DNA of 64,000 nt, taken from NCBI GenBank assembly GCA_963781885.1, contig CAWAHW010000007.1:512001-576000 (forward strand), written 5' to 3'. Of this stretch, positions 1 to 10,016 are shown piece after piece. The DNA is from an uncultured Spirochaetota bacterium. GTDB taxonomy: Bacteria; Spirochaetota; Spirochaetia; SZUA-6; Fen-1364. The notes beneath the pieces are model-generated. The model had not been told where the DNA came from, did no database searches, and saw nothing but the letters and a program-made list of their open reading frames with translations. The number at the start of each line of letters is the position of its first letter. The stretch's first letter is position 1. A program made the translations under genes and the position numbers.

Positions 1-1501
1 GAATCCGTTCCCCGGATCGCGCGCGTCATCGAAGGCGACGATGAACCGGCAATGGCCGGTCTCCTGGGCGAATGGCTGCGCTTCTATGGACCGGTGGCCC
101 CTGTCTTTGCGGCGGAGGTCTTCGGGCTCGCGCGGGAAAGGCTGGATGCCATTCTGGAGGACCTCGTTGAGGAGGAGCTCGTCGTTGTCGACCGGCTCAT
201 CGAGGGGTCGCCGGAAATCCTCCTCTGCGATCGGGAGAACCTGGAAAGCCTGCTCCGCATCTCCCGCGCGCGCGCCCGGCCGGTTGTTCGCAGCCTGCCC
301 CTCGAAAGCCTTTCCGGGTTTGTCGCGCGTCACCAGGGGGTCGTGCCGCGCGGGAAGAGCGTGGAGGAGATGAAAGACGCCTGGGAACGGCTCTTCGGCT
401 ATCCTCTGCCCGCGCATCTGTGGGAGGAGGAGGTGCTGCCTGCCCGTCTTGCGGGCTACCGGACCCAATGGATGGATTCGCTCCTTGCCGAAGCCGGGCT
501 CCTGTGGCTCGGCTGCGGCCGCCGGAAGATCACCTTCTGTTTTGCCCCGGACGCCGAGCTCTTTCTCGATGGCGACCGCGGCGCCTCCGCGCTCCTTCCC
601 TCGTCGTCCGGCAGGTATTCATTCTGGGACATCGTGGACCACGCGCGGGCGGGAGCCGGGGTTGCCGCATCCACGCAGGTCGCGGCGCAGCTCTGGGAGG
701 AGGCGTGGAAGGGGCTCGTGTCAGCCGATTCATTCAAGCCCGTGCGTCGGGGCATCTCCTCCGGCTTCCGCGCGGAGGAGCCCGCGCCGGAGGACGGCAG
801 GCGGCGGAGGAGCTTCGACCGCTGGCAGGCGTCCCGGCCGGGCAGCGGCTTCTGGTTCCGCCTGGAGACTGAGACCGCCGCGCGTGACGCGCTGGATGAA
901 GAGGAGATCACGCGCGACCGCATCCGCCAGATCCTGAAGCGCCACGGGGTCGTGTTCCGCGAGATCCTGGAAAACGAGCTGCCGGCCCTGCGCTGGTCGC
1001 GGCTCTTCCGAAGCCTCAGGATCATGGAGTTTTCCGGCGAGGTGGTGACGGGCCGTTTCTTCGACGGGGTGCAGGGTCTCCAGTTCGCCCTGCCCTCCGT
1101 GCTGGAGGAGCTTGCCGCGGCGCCCGATCCCAACGCGGTCTGGTGGCTGAACGCGGCCGACCCGGCGAGTCTCTGCGGCATCGACATCGAGGGGCTGAAG
1201 GGGACCCTCCCCACGCGCATTTCCACGACGCACGTCGTCTTCCAGGGAAGCGGCGTCGTGCTCGTGTCGCGGCGAAGGGGGCGCGAGCTCGATTTCCACG
1301 TCCCTCCGGACGCCCCGCGCATCCCGGACTATCTCTCCTTCGTGGAGACGCTCACGAGCCGGGAGCAGCGGCCCATGAGCTCCGTGCACGTGGAATCGAT
1401 CAAATGGGCTATCGGCCGGTGAAAGCCCTTACAGGGCCCGACTCCTCGATTTCGGATTCCAGGCCGATTACCGCGGGCTTACCTGGCGCGCGAAAGCCTG
1501 A
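1..1501 (+). CDS. lhr: Lhr-family ATP-dependent helicase, C-terminal part (5' truncated by window; apparent +1 frameshift at ~1403)
   Basis: ORF 52..1422 has Lhr C-terminal motifs (WEEEVLPARL, RHGVVFRE, GRFFDGVQGLQFALP, NAADPASLCG). Removing one A from 'atcaaatggg' restores the Lhr-like ending VESINGLSAGESPYRARLLDFGFQADYRGLTWRAKA*, with TGA at 1499-1501. Confidence 0.8.
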
Positions 1502-1558
1502 CCGAAAAGGAAGCCCCACGGGGCTGGTGCCGGACGCGTTTTCGGGGCACGATGGGGC

Positions 1559-2032
1559 ATGCGCTTTCCATGGACAAGGGACAAGGCCGGCGTCGTAGCG
1601 GTGCAGAAGACGGGCAATCCAGCCGACGCGGAGCCGCCCGCGCCCGGAGCGGTCATCCACACGTCTGACAAGGGATGGCTCACGCGGCTTGCAAAGGCAT
1701 ACCGCGCACGGACACCCGTGCAGCTCGTCGACGACGCGAATGTCGGCATCGATCCCCAGAGCCAGACCCTCATGGCAATGGGACTGAGCGCACGGCTTTC
1801 CCCGACCGACTGGGTGGCGGTGGGAGTTTCTCTGGGGCTGAGCGTCGCAGGTGTGGGTTTCGTCGTGCTCGCCGTTTTGGACCCCGAGCCGACGAGCAAG
1901 CTCGGCCTGCTTGTGGGCGGCGGAGCGCTCTGCGCGCTCACCGGCGGGGTATCCGCCGTCGGCATCCTCATCCGGCGCCGTCCGCCCAATATCCAGGTGG
2001 ACGGGAAAGGCTTCAAGATCTCCTGGGACTAG
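1559..2032 (+). CDS. hypothetical membrane protein (two TM segments around DPEPTSK)
   Basis: 157-aa ORF with two hydrophobic Gly-rich segments; fills the intergenic space. Confidence 0.7.
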   Translation: MRFPWTRDKAGVVAVQKTGNPADAEPPAPGAVIHTSDKGWLTRLAKAYRARTPVQLVDDANVGIDPQSQTLMAMGLSARLSPTDWVAVGVSLGLSVAGVGFVVLAVLDPEPTSKLGLLVGGGALCALTGGVSAVGILIRRRPPNIQVDGKGFKISWD

Positions 2033-2036
2033 CGCA

Positions 2037-2133
2037 GCCACGGTAGTCCGTGGCATTTGCGGCCACGGGCTCGCTTCGTGATCCGTGCACTCGCTCGCCC
2101 TCGGCATCCTGCCTACGGTATGCCGTGGCATTT
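2037..2133. repeat. REP/MITE-like composite palindromic repeat, long form, copy 1
   Basis: GCCACGGtagtCCGTGGCATT followed by gccacgggctcgcttc...cactcgctcgccctcggcatcctgcctacggtatgccgtggcatt. A very similar block lies at 44890-44996. Sits between convergent genes. Confidence 0.85.
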
Positions 2134-2194
2134 CGCGTGGCCACTTTACGTCGCGGCGTTCCCGCGCCCTTCCCGCCCGACCCGGGGGCGCGGC

Positions 2195-2842
2195 CTACAT
2201 CCTCATGCGCATGCCGAAGCCCATGCCGAAATTGCGGCCCATGAAGCCGAAGTTCGGTGTGAACGTGATCTTGCCGTCGGCGATCTCCTTGCGCGCATCC
2301 CTTGACGCGTTTGCCGCGGAGAGGTACCGGAGCATTCCCTGCAGCAGCATGCCTCCGGCGAGGATGCCGGCCGTCGGCAGGTAGTCGAGCACGGTGTGCA
2401 ATTCCCAATCACTATTGATGGTCGAAATCGGCGTCGTGAAGTAGTTGAGCTGGTCGAAACGCAGGTCGTGTGGAAGGGCATAGTATCCGCCGACCAGCGC
2501 ACCCGCGAATATCGCGAGGTCACCAAGGAGGAACAGCGAGCCGCCCAGCGCGTCGCCGGTCATGAACTGCCCGGCTCCGGGGAACATCAGTGACGCGAAA
2601 AGCGCCTTATGGACGTAGGCAACCTTCTGTTCGGCGATGGAAATGCGGGACGCCACCTTCACGATGTCTCCAACGGCGAGGGTTCCAAGCTGTGCCGTGG
2701 ACATGTCCTGGAGCGCCGCGTTCAGCTCGGCCTGCATGTCGGCAGGGGTGGGTGCGGGTGCCGCGGGTGCCGGTGCATCCTGGGCGCTTGCCGCGGATGC
2801 CGCCACGAGGGCCGCCGCAAGAATGACGCAAAACCTTTTCAT
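2195..2842 (-). CDS. hypothetical exported/membrane protein
   Basis: Start MKRFCVILAAAL after GGAGG RBS; signal peptide, SLMFPGAGQF motif, hydrophobic segments, C-terminus GMGFGMRMRM. Confidence 0.75.
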   Translation of the reverse strand: MKRFCVILAAALVAASAASAQDAPAPAAPAPTPADMQAELNAALQDMSTAQLGTLAVGDIVKVASRISIAEQKVAYVHKALFASLMFPGAGQFMTGDALGGSLFLLGDLAIFAGALVGGYYALPHDLRFDQLNYFTTPISTINSDWELHTVLDYLPTAGILAGGMLLQGMLRYLSAANASRDARKEIADGKITFTPNFGFMGRNFGMGFGMRMRM

Positions 2843-2926
2843 GAGTACCTCCAAGGACAAGATACCGTCGCCCCCGGGTGGCGGCAACGCGCGGGTGGTG
2901 CGGGGAGGGATCGAGAAGATTTTTTG

Positions 2927-4541
2927 CTATCGGGAGATCGGCAGCGCGAGAGTGAAGGTGGCGCCCGCGCCCGGGCTGCTTGTCGCCTCCAGCGTTCCCC
3001 CGTGGGCGCGCGCGACGCTCTGCGCGATGGCGAGGCCCAGGCCGACGCCTTCAGCGGTCGCGTTTTTTCCCCGGTAGAATCTGTCGAAGACGAGCGGGAG
3101 CTCCTCCGCGTCGAATGCCCGGTCCGTCGTCACGGACGGAGAAACTGGCGCTGCCGTTCACGCGCGCGGCGCTCACCATGACGGCGCCCCCCTCGGGGAC
3201 GAACTTCACGGCATTCGACACGAGATTGGCGAGCGCGAGCTCGACCCGTTGCCTGTCGCAGACGAGCGCGAGGCCGGGCTCGACGGGAGTGACGGTGAGG
3301 GCGATCCTTTTTTCCCGCGCCCGCGCGCGGGACGCGGCGACGGCGGTCTCCATGATGTCGGCGGCTGCATGACGACCCAGGGAGAGACCGCCTATCCCCG
3401 CGTCCAGGCGCGAGAGGTCGAGCAGGTTCGCCGTGATCCATTGGAGCTTGCCGAGCTGCACCTGGCTCTCCCGTAGGAACTCCTGTCGGGCGCCGGGATC
3501 CTGCGCCGCGCTGCCCTGGAGGAGCTCGTTGAACGTCGACAGCGCGGTGATCGGCGTGCGCAGCTCGTGGGAGGCATCCGCCACGAAGCGTTTCAGAGAG
3601 TCGCGCTCCATGCGCAGGTCGTGGAAGCTTTTCTCCAGGCTCTGCGCCATGGCGTTGAACTGACGGGCAAGGGCGCCGATCTCGTCGCGGCGTTTCGTGG
3701 AGGCGCGCGCCGTCAGGTCGCCATCCGTCATGCGGCGCGCGGTGCCCGCGAGGCTCCGCACCGGGTCGCTGATGGTGCGTCCGAAGAGCAGCCCCGCGAC
3801 CACCGCAACGAGGAGCGCGCCCAGGCCGGACAGCAGCACGGCCGTCCTCATGGGTCCCAGCGCCTCGCTCGCCATGTTGAGAGGGCTGGACATTTCCACC
3901 CAGCCCACCGGCGCATGCGGATCGCCGACGGGCAACGTCAGGGCCATGATGTGGCGGACGGGCGCGGGCCGCTCACCGGGGAAACGCCCCGTGCCCATGT
4001 CGCTTTCGAAGATGAACCGGCGACCCCACGGGGTGGGCATCCGGCGGGCAAAGACGTAGGTGGTGCCCAGCGGCAGCTCGCGCAGGAGCGGCAGCAGGTC
4101 GCCGGGCCGCACGAGGGCACCGCCGGGCTGCTGAGAGGGGATCGGGATGATGATGGGCAGGGAGGGGCTGGGCTCGTGATCGATCTCGGATCGGAACTCG
4201 GAAAGACCGGAGGGGATGAGCCAGATGAAGTCATCCGGCAGCCCGGGATCCCCCGAGTCGGCGATCACGGCATGCTCCGTGTCCATGATGCGGACGCGCG
4301 CGTCACCGAGGAACGCCGACGTCGAGGCGAGCTCCTCCAGCGCGATCCGGCGCGTCTGCGGCGCGAGGAATCGCTGCGCGAGCCCGGCGATCTCCTGCGC
4401 GTTCGACTTCAGGTACCCGCTCTCCTGCCGCCCCACGTAATTCTGCACGATCGTGAGAGCGAGCGCACCCATGAGGGTGACGGAGAGCAGGACCAGAAGC
4501 GCGTAGGTCGCCGCGAGTCTCCACCGGATCGACGTGAACAA
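2927..4541 (-). CDS. HAMP-domain sensor histidine kinase (apparent +1 frameshift at ~3115)
   Basis: Two TM segments, HAMP, H-box DASHELRTP, N-box NLVSNAVKF and DDGPGI. The F/G2 boxes (VFDRFYRG, GVGLGLAIA) continue in ORF 2927..3133 in the adjacent frame. Confidence 0.9.
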
Positions 4542-4556
4542 GCTCCTTCCTCCTCC

Positions 4557-5705
4557 TTAAATGGTCGGCGGATTCTGCGCCGGTGTCGAGGGCGCCGCCG
4601 GAGGGGCTGAGGGGGGAGGCGCAATCTGTCCGTCCGGTCCGTGGAAGGCGCGCATGCCGGGCATGACGCTCATGGAGAGGCCCAGCCATGCCTTCGTCGC
4701 GTCCTTCGGGCTCGCACCCAGGGTGACGGTGACGTCCCTCGCCGTGCCGTCCGCCATGCCGGAGAGCGTGAGGGTCAGGCTGTCGCCCGGCTTGTGCGCG
4801 CCCACCGCGTCGACGACCTGCTGCGGATCGCTCACCGCGGCTCCGTCCACCTTCGTGATGATGTCGCGCACGGCGATCCCCGCCTTTGCTGCCGGGCTGT
4901 CCGCCGCGACGTCCGCGATGACGATGCCCGGGATCATGCCGGGGCCGTAGCCGCCGCGGCCGGGCATCATCGGGCCAACGGAATACTGGACGCCGAGATA
5001 CGGTCCGTCCTTCGACGGGTTTTTCTCCAGGGCGACCTTCACGTCACGGGCGGCCTGGCCCGGCGTGCTCACGGACAGGGTGACCGTGTCCCCGACCTTC
5101 TTCGAGCCGATCAGGTCCCCGAGCGCGTGCGCGGCGTCCACGGCCGTGCCGTCGACCGACAGGATCACGTCGCCCTGCTTCAGGCCCGCCTTTTCCGCCG
5201 GACCCCCGGCGACGACGCCTTCCACCCAGGCGCCGGTGAAGGGGAACCGTCCGCCCGGTCTGAAGCCGCGCATGCCGCGGCCCATGCCCCCACCGTACAT
5301 CCCCGGCCCTCCGGCAATGGAGATGCCAAGCCTGCTCCCGTCCGCGCCGAGTGTGACGCTGACGGTCTTTGTCGCATCGCCGTGCTGGAGCTTCAGGGAG
5401 ACCGTGTCGCCCTGCTTTTTCGCCGCGACGATCCTCTGAAGATCCATCGGGGTGTTGATCGCCGTTGCGTCCGCCGCGAGGATGATGTCTCCCCGGGCCA
5501 CGCCGGCCTTCTCCGCCGGGCTTCCCGGCTGGACCGCGAAGACAAGAATCCCGGGCGCGGCCGGATTTGCCGCCGCCGTGGCGCCCGCTTGCTGCTGGTT
5601 GGTGCTTTCCGCTTTCGGTTGCGCGAATCCCGCGGCTGCCCCGAGTGCGATCAAAAGCGTCGCCGCGGCAGCCACGCGCGAGAGCGCGCGAATGGTGAAT
5701 CTCAT
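4557..5705 (-). CDS. secreted protein with three PDZ domains and no protease domain
   Basis: Signal peptide, then three repeats of V..GSPAEKAG...GDII/VI..VDG; Gly/Met-rich linkers; Pro-rich tail. Confidence 0.85.
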   Translation of the reverse strand: MRFTIRALSRVAAAATLLIALGAAAGFAQPKAESTNQQQAGATAAANPAAPGILVFAVQPGSPAEKAGVARGDIILAADATAINTPMDLQRIVAAKKQGDTVSLKLQHGDATKTVSVTLGADGSRLGISIAGGPGMYGGGMGRGMRGFRPGGRFPFTGAWVEGVVAGGPAEKAGLKQGDVILSVDGTAVDAAHALGDLIGSKKVGDTVTLSVSTPGQAARDVKVALEKNPSKDGPYLGVQYSVGPMMPGRGGYGPGMIPGIVIADVAADSPAAKAGIAVRDIITKVDGAAVSDPQQVVDAVGAHKPGDSLTLTLSGMADGTARDVTVTLGASPKDATKAWLGLSMSVMPGMRAFHGPDGQIAPPPSAPPAAPSTPAQNPPTI

Positions 5706-5761
5706 GCATGTACCTCCGAAGAAAAGCTATCATTCCATGGTTACCGCTGCTTTATGAGGCT

Positions 5762-5776
5762 GTTAATGTTCGTTAA
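5762..5776 (-). promoter_or_regulatory. putative OmpR/PhoB-type direct-repeat operator TTAAC-gaaca-TTAAC
   Basis: AT-rich 15-mer upstream of the PDZ gene; identical copy in the same orientation relative to its gene at 45902-45916. Confidence 0.6.
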
Positions 5777-5812
5777 CACCCGACGCGGGTCTTTGGAAGG
5801 GATCGGATCAGC

Positions 5813-6532
5813 CTAGCGGGGCGATTGCGTAAACATGTAGCCCGTCCCGCGCACCGTGACGAGCCATCGGGGCATCGCGGGGTCCTTCTCCAGCTTCTCG
5901 CGGAGATGCCGGACATGCACATCCACCGTGCGCTGCGAATCGACGCTGCTGTCATACCCCCAGACGATCTCCAGGAGCGAATCGCGGTTGAACACCTGGT
6001 CGGGGTGCGTCACGAGGTGCCGGAGCAGCCGGTACTCCGTGGGAGTGAGGAGCACCGTCTGCCCCGCGCGCTCGACGCGCATCCTCTGGAGGTCCACGAC
6101 GACGTCGCCGAAGCCGACGCGTTCCGCCCCCGTCGTCGCGGCAAGCTCGCCATACGCGCGTCGGAGCGCGGCGCGCACCCGGGACAACACCTCGCGGAGG
6201 GAGAAGGGCTTCACGATGTAGTCGTCGGCGCCGAGCTCCAGGCCGAGCACCTTGTCCACCTCTTCGTCGCGCGCGGTCACCATGAGGATGGGCAGGCCGT
6301 GACCTTCGTCGCGAAGGGTCCGGCACACGTCGAAGCCGCTCATGTCGGGGAGCCTGATGTCGAGAAGCATGAGCTGCGGTGAGGGCCCGCCGCCGCCGCC
6401 CCGGACCATCGCCAGCGCGGCGGCGCCCGTGGGCGCGACGAGCACGGTGAAACCTTCCGCCTTCAGGCCGTACTCCAGGCCCCGCGCGACGGACGGCTCA
6501 TCCTCCACGACGAGTATCGTTTCTCCGGGCAT
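5813..6532 (-). CDS. OmpR/PhoB-family response regulator
   Basis: ILVVEDE, LLDIRLP, GADDYIVKPF; winged helix RTVDVHVRHLREKLE...TVRGTGY. Confidence 0.95.
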   Translation of the reverse strand: MPGETILVVEDEPSVARGLEYGLKAEGFTVLVAPTGAAALAMVRGGGGGPSPQLMLLDIRLPDMSGFDVCRTLRDEGHGLPILMVTARDEEVDKVLGLELGADDYIVKPFSLREVLSRVRAALRRAYGELAATTGAERVGFGDVVVDLQRMRVERAGQTVLLTPTEYRLLRHLVTHPDQVFNRDSLLEIVWGYDSSVDSQRTVDVHVRHLREKLEKDPAMPRWLVTVRGTGYMFTQSPR

Positions 6533-6538
6533 CGACCG

Positions 6539-6547
6539 ATTCTACCA
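6539..6547 (-). promoter_or_regulatory. extended -10 promoter (TGgTAGAAT), probably leaderless, for the response regulator
   Basis: TAGAAT lies 6 nt before the ATG; no SD sequence. Confidence 0.55.
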
Positions 6548-6588
6548 CGGCGCGGCGGGGCCGGAAAGCAAGCCGCCTGTCGCCGCGT

Positions 6589-8712
6589 TCAGCGTTTCCA
6601 TTCCGCGCGGGCGACGGGCGCGCCCGACCGCACCGCGCTCGAGAAGCTGTCGAAACTCAGGAAAAGGTAGAGCCCGATATCCTTTGTCGGGTCGAAAGAG
6701 CCCGGCGCGGTCGTGCTCACCGCGGCGCTCACGCCGATGCCCAGCGGCAGCGAGTAGCCCAGCACGGCGATCCTGATGGTGACGTCGGCCCCGACGAAAA
6801 CATCGGGCACGAGCGAAAAGGCCGGCGCCGTTGCGTCGAAGTCGGCGAGCGCCTCCGCGTGCATGCCGACGCCCACGCCCGTGAGCGCGAGCCAGTACGT
6901 GAGCGGCTGATCGAGCAGCGCCACTGGCATCATGTAGTCGAGGCTCGCGAGCATTCCGCCGGGCAGCGTGCGCACGCGCGTGGGGAAGCCGCGCGGCACG
7001 CTGAAGTCGTCGCCGTACTGGGCAAGTGGGCTGCCGAAGTACTGGACCGCCTTCAGCCCGAGCTTGATCACCTGGTGGGCAAGCGGCGAGGGGATGTTGA
7101 CGGAAGCGTAGAGAAGTGCCTGTTCCTGGAATGCCGTGAGGGAAAGCAGGGGCAGGAATGTCGTCCCCTGGACAATGAGGTCGGCAGCGGCCGGCGGGCT
7201 GAAATCGATCGCACCGCCGCCGCGCGTCCACTGCCACCGGACCGCAAGCGGCACGGAAAGCGCGGAAAGCCAGTATGACGCGGAGGCCGCGAGCGAATCG
7301 GCAAAGGCGAAGCTGCCGGTGGAATCCAGCTCCAGGGAATGGGAAAGCCCCAGTGCCAGGGAGAGGGCCTGCCCTCTGTCGAGACTGCTGTGACCGACGA
7401 TCGACCACGAAAGCACGGCGCGGCTTGCAAGCGACTCCGACCAGGAGCCTCCGACATACCCGTAGCTCAGGGCGCTGGAGACGTCGAGGTCGACGGGTCC
7501 GAAGCTCAACGTCCAGGTGAGCGACGCCGCGGGCTGTGCAGCGCTGGCGACCCATGCGGCCATGAGCTGCCAGCTCGTTCCTCCCATGAGCGATCCGCCG
7601 ACCGCCTGGACGCCCACGCCGACGGCTTGATCCTGCGCGGCCGGTCCGATCTGGCCGAGCGTCAGCCACGGGTACCATAGCAGGGGAGGGGCCCAATCGA
7701 CGTAGGGCGTGCCGCCGATCGTCGCACCGGACCACGCGACAACGGGCGGATAGGGCTGGGCCGGGGGGACCTCGATGGGCTGCGTCATCCCTGCGGCCAG
7801 CGGCGCACTCTTGATGCAGAAGCCGTTCGTCGAGTAGCTCGTGTAGAGCAGACTGTCGCCGTCGGCGACCCCGGCGATCGCGGCCACGGGATCCTCCTGC
7901 TGCAGCGTCACCGCGCCCGTTGCCAGGTCGGCGCGGTAGATGGAGAGTGAGCCTGACCGGTCAGACGTAAAAAGGAGCGTAGAGTCGTCGCGGAAGGAGG
8001 GAAAATACTCCGCGGCGGGGTCGGGCCCGATCACCGGCAGGGGGACGTCCTCGTTGACGTCGGCGACCGCGGATGCCGGGTCATCGAGCGGCGCGGATCC
8101 GGTACGACGACTGTTCAAGGGAGAAGAAGCTTCCTTCCTCCGCTGCCGCCTTTGTGAATATCTCGAAAAGCGGGTTGCGTCCCCGACCCCCCTGGCTGAG
8201 CTGCGTCTCGTCGTAGACGGCAGGCCCCTCCACGGCCCAGCCCGGCAGCAGCGCGATCGCGAGGCCGGCTGCATCGGCGCCGAAGACCAGCGACAGGGCG
8301 TGCGGGATGCCCCGCGCGTAATTTTCGTGCACGAAATGGGTGAGCTCATGCGTGAGGAGGACGCGCAGCCAGCTTTCGGTGCGGGCGCCGAGGAAGTGAT
8401 CGATAGGCGCGGTGAGATACAGGTCGATGCGGTCCGGCACCGACATCGTCACGCCATTGGCATCGTCACGCCTTCCCCTGATGACGCAGGGAACCTTCGC
8501 CGGTCGGGAGTCGAGGAATTGCGTCACCTTGTCGTAGACGTCCTCCGCGAAGGTGAGGAGCTCGTCAACGGACGCGCGGTCGCGCGGTCGCGCGGCTCGT
8601 AGATGAAGAGGAAATGCCTCGTCTCTGCCTTCTGCCAGCCGTCCGCGCATGAGACCGCGGGGGAAAGCAGCACGATGAGCACGGCGAGCGTCATGATGCG
8701 TGGCGCCCTCAC
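6589..8712 (-). pseudogene. disrupted exported protein: zincin-like HExxH domain, TolB/PD40-like repeat and probable beta-barrel C-terminus
   Basis: Three frames: signal peptide and WQKAETRHFLFIY (8524..8712); THELTH and WAVEG (8081..8728); FTSDRSGSLSIY plus aromatic beta-rich C-terminus (6589..8349). An 8-nt tandem duplication lies at ~8575-8597 and an abrupt junction at ~8102. Confidence 0.65.
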
Positions 8713-9212
8713 GGGGAATCCCTTTCATAGTCCACGAAGCGATGCGGGTAAGGGCTGTCGGGATCGGTGGATGCGGTCTCCGCCACGATGCGCCACTCCG
8801 ACCATGCCACCTCGGGAAAGAGCGTGTCGCCCGGCACGTCGGCGTCGATCCACGTGATGAGGAGCTTGTCGGCTATCGGGAGAAAGAGGCGGTAGACCTC
8901 CGCGCCGCCGATGACGAAAAGCTCGTCTGCAAGAGAAGCCTTGGAAGATGCCGCTGCCGCGATGGCCTCGTCGACGGCGTGCACGACCGCACACCCGTTT
9001 ATCGTCAAGGAGGGTGAGCGCGTGAGCACGATGTTCCGCCGTCCGGGGAGAGGCCCCCGCAGCGATTCGAACGTGCCCCTTCCCATGACGACCGCATGGC
9101 CTGCCGTGATGCGGGCGAACCTCCGCATGTCGTCAGGGAGCCTCCACGGGAGCCTGCCCTTGTTTCCGATCACGCGATTCGCCGCTACCGCCGCGATGAG
9201 GGAGACTGTCAT
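8709..9212 (-). CDS. folA: dihydrofolate reductase
   Basis: IAAVAANRVIG, LPWRLPDD, VMGRGTFESL, LPGRRNIVL, VIGGAEVY, GDTLFP; directly downstream of thyA. Confidence 0.95.
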   Translation of the reverse strand: MTVSLIAAVAANRVIGNKGRLPWRLPDDMRRFARITAGHAVVMGRGTFESLRGPLPGRRNIVLTRSPSLTINGCAVVHAVDEAIAAAASSKASLADELFVIGGAEVYRLFLPIADKLLITWIDADVPGDTLFPEVAWSEWRIVAETASTDPDSPYPHRFVDYERDSP

Positions 9213-9221
9213 GGCGCGCCT

Positions 9222-10016
9222 CTACACCGCGATGTCGCCCCGGATGCGCGGATGGGGGTTGTAGCCCTCGATGGTCACGTCCGGGAACTGGAAGGAGAAG
9301 ATGTCCTTCACGTCGGGATTGAGGTGGAGGGTCGGCAGGGGACGCGGTTCCCGCTCCAGCTGCTGCCGGATCTGTGCCTGGTGGTTGGCGTAGATGTGCG
9401 CGTCGCCGAGGGTGTGGATGAACTCGTGCGGCGTGAGGCCGCAGACCTGGGCCACCATGCACGTGAGGAGGCTGTAGGAGGCGATGTTGAACGGCACGCC
9501 GAGGAAGACGTCGGCGCTGCGCTGGTAGAGCTGGCAGGAAAGCCCGCCGTCGGCCACGTAGAACTGGAACAGGCAGTGGCAGGGCGCGAGCGCCATCCGG
9601 TCGATCTCGGCGACGTTCCAGGCGGAGACCACGTGCCGGCGCGACCATGGCTGGGATCGAAGCTGCTGCACCACGGTCGCGATCTGGTCGATCGTCGTTC
9701 CGTCCGCTGCAGGCCAGGACCTCCATTGCTTGCCGTACACCGGGCCGAGCTCGCCGTCGGCGTCCGCCCACTCGTCCCAGATATGGACCCCCGCTGCCTG
9801 GAGCGGGCGGACATTCGTCTCCCCCCGCAGAAACCATAGCAGCTCGTGGACGATGGCGTCGATCTTGAGCTTCTTCGTCGTGAGGAGCGGGAACCCCTCC
9901 CGCAGATCGAAGCGCATCTGGTGGCCGAATATGCTGCGCGTCCCGGTGCCCGTCCTGTCGGGCCTGTCCACCCCGTGCAGCATGATCTGTCGGGCAAGAT
10001 CGAGGTATTGCTTCAT
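9222..10016 (-). CDS. thyA: thymidylate synthase (264 aa)
   Basis: [55 protein letters not shown]; ATG at 10016 overlaps the upstream stop. Confidence 0.97.
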   Translation of the reverse strand: MKQYLDLARQIMLHGVDRPDRTGTGTRSIFGHQMRFDLREGFPLLTTKKLKIDAIVHELLWFLRGETNVRPLQAAGVHIWDEWADADGELGPVYGKQWRSWPAADGTTIDQIATVVQQLRSQPWSRRHVVSAWNVAEIDRMALAPCHCLFQFYVADGGLSCQLYQRSADVFLGVPFNIASYSLLTCMVAQVCGLTPHEFIHTLGDAHIYANHQAQIRQQLEREPRPLPTLHLNPDVKDIFSFQFPDVTIEGYNPHPRIRGDIAV

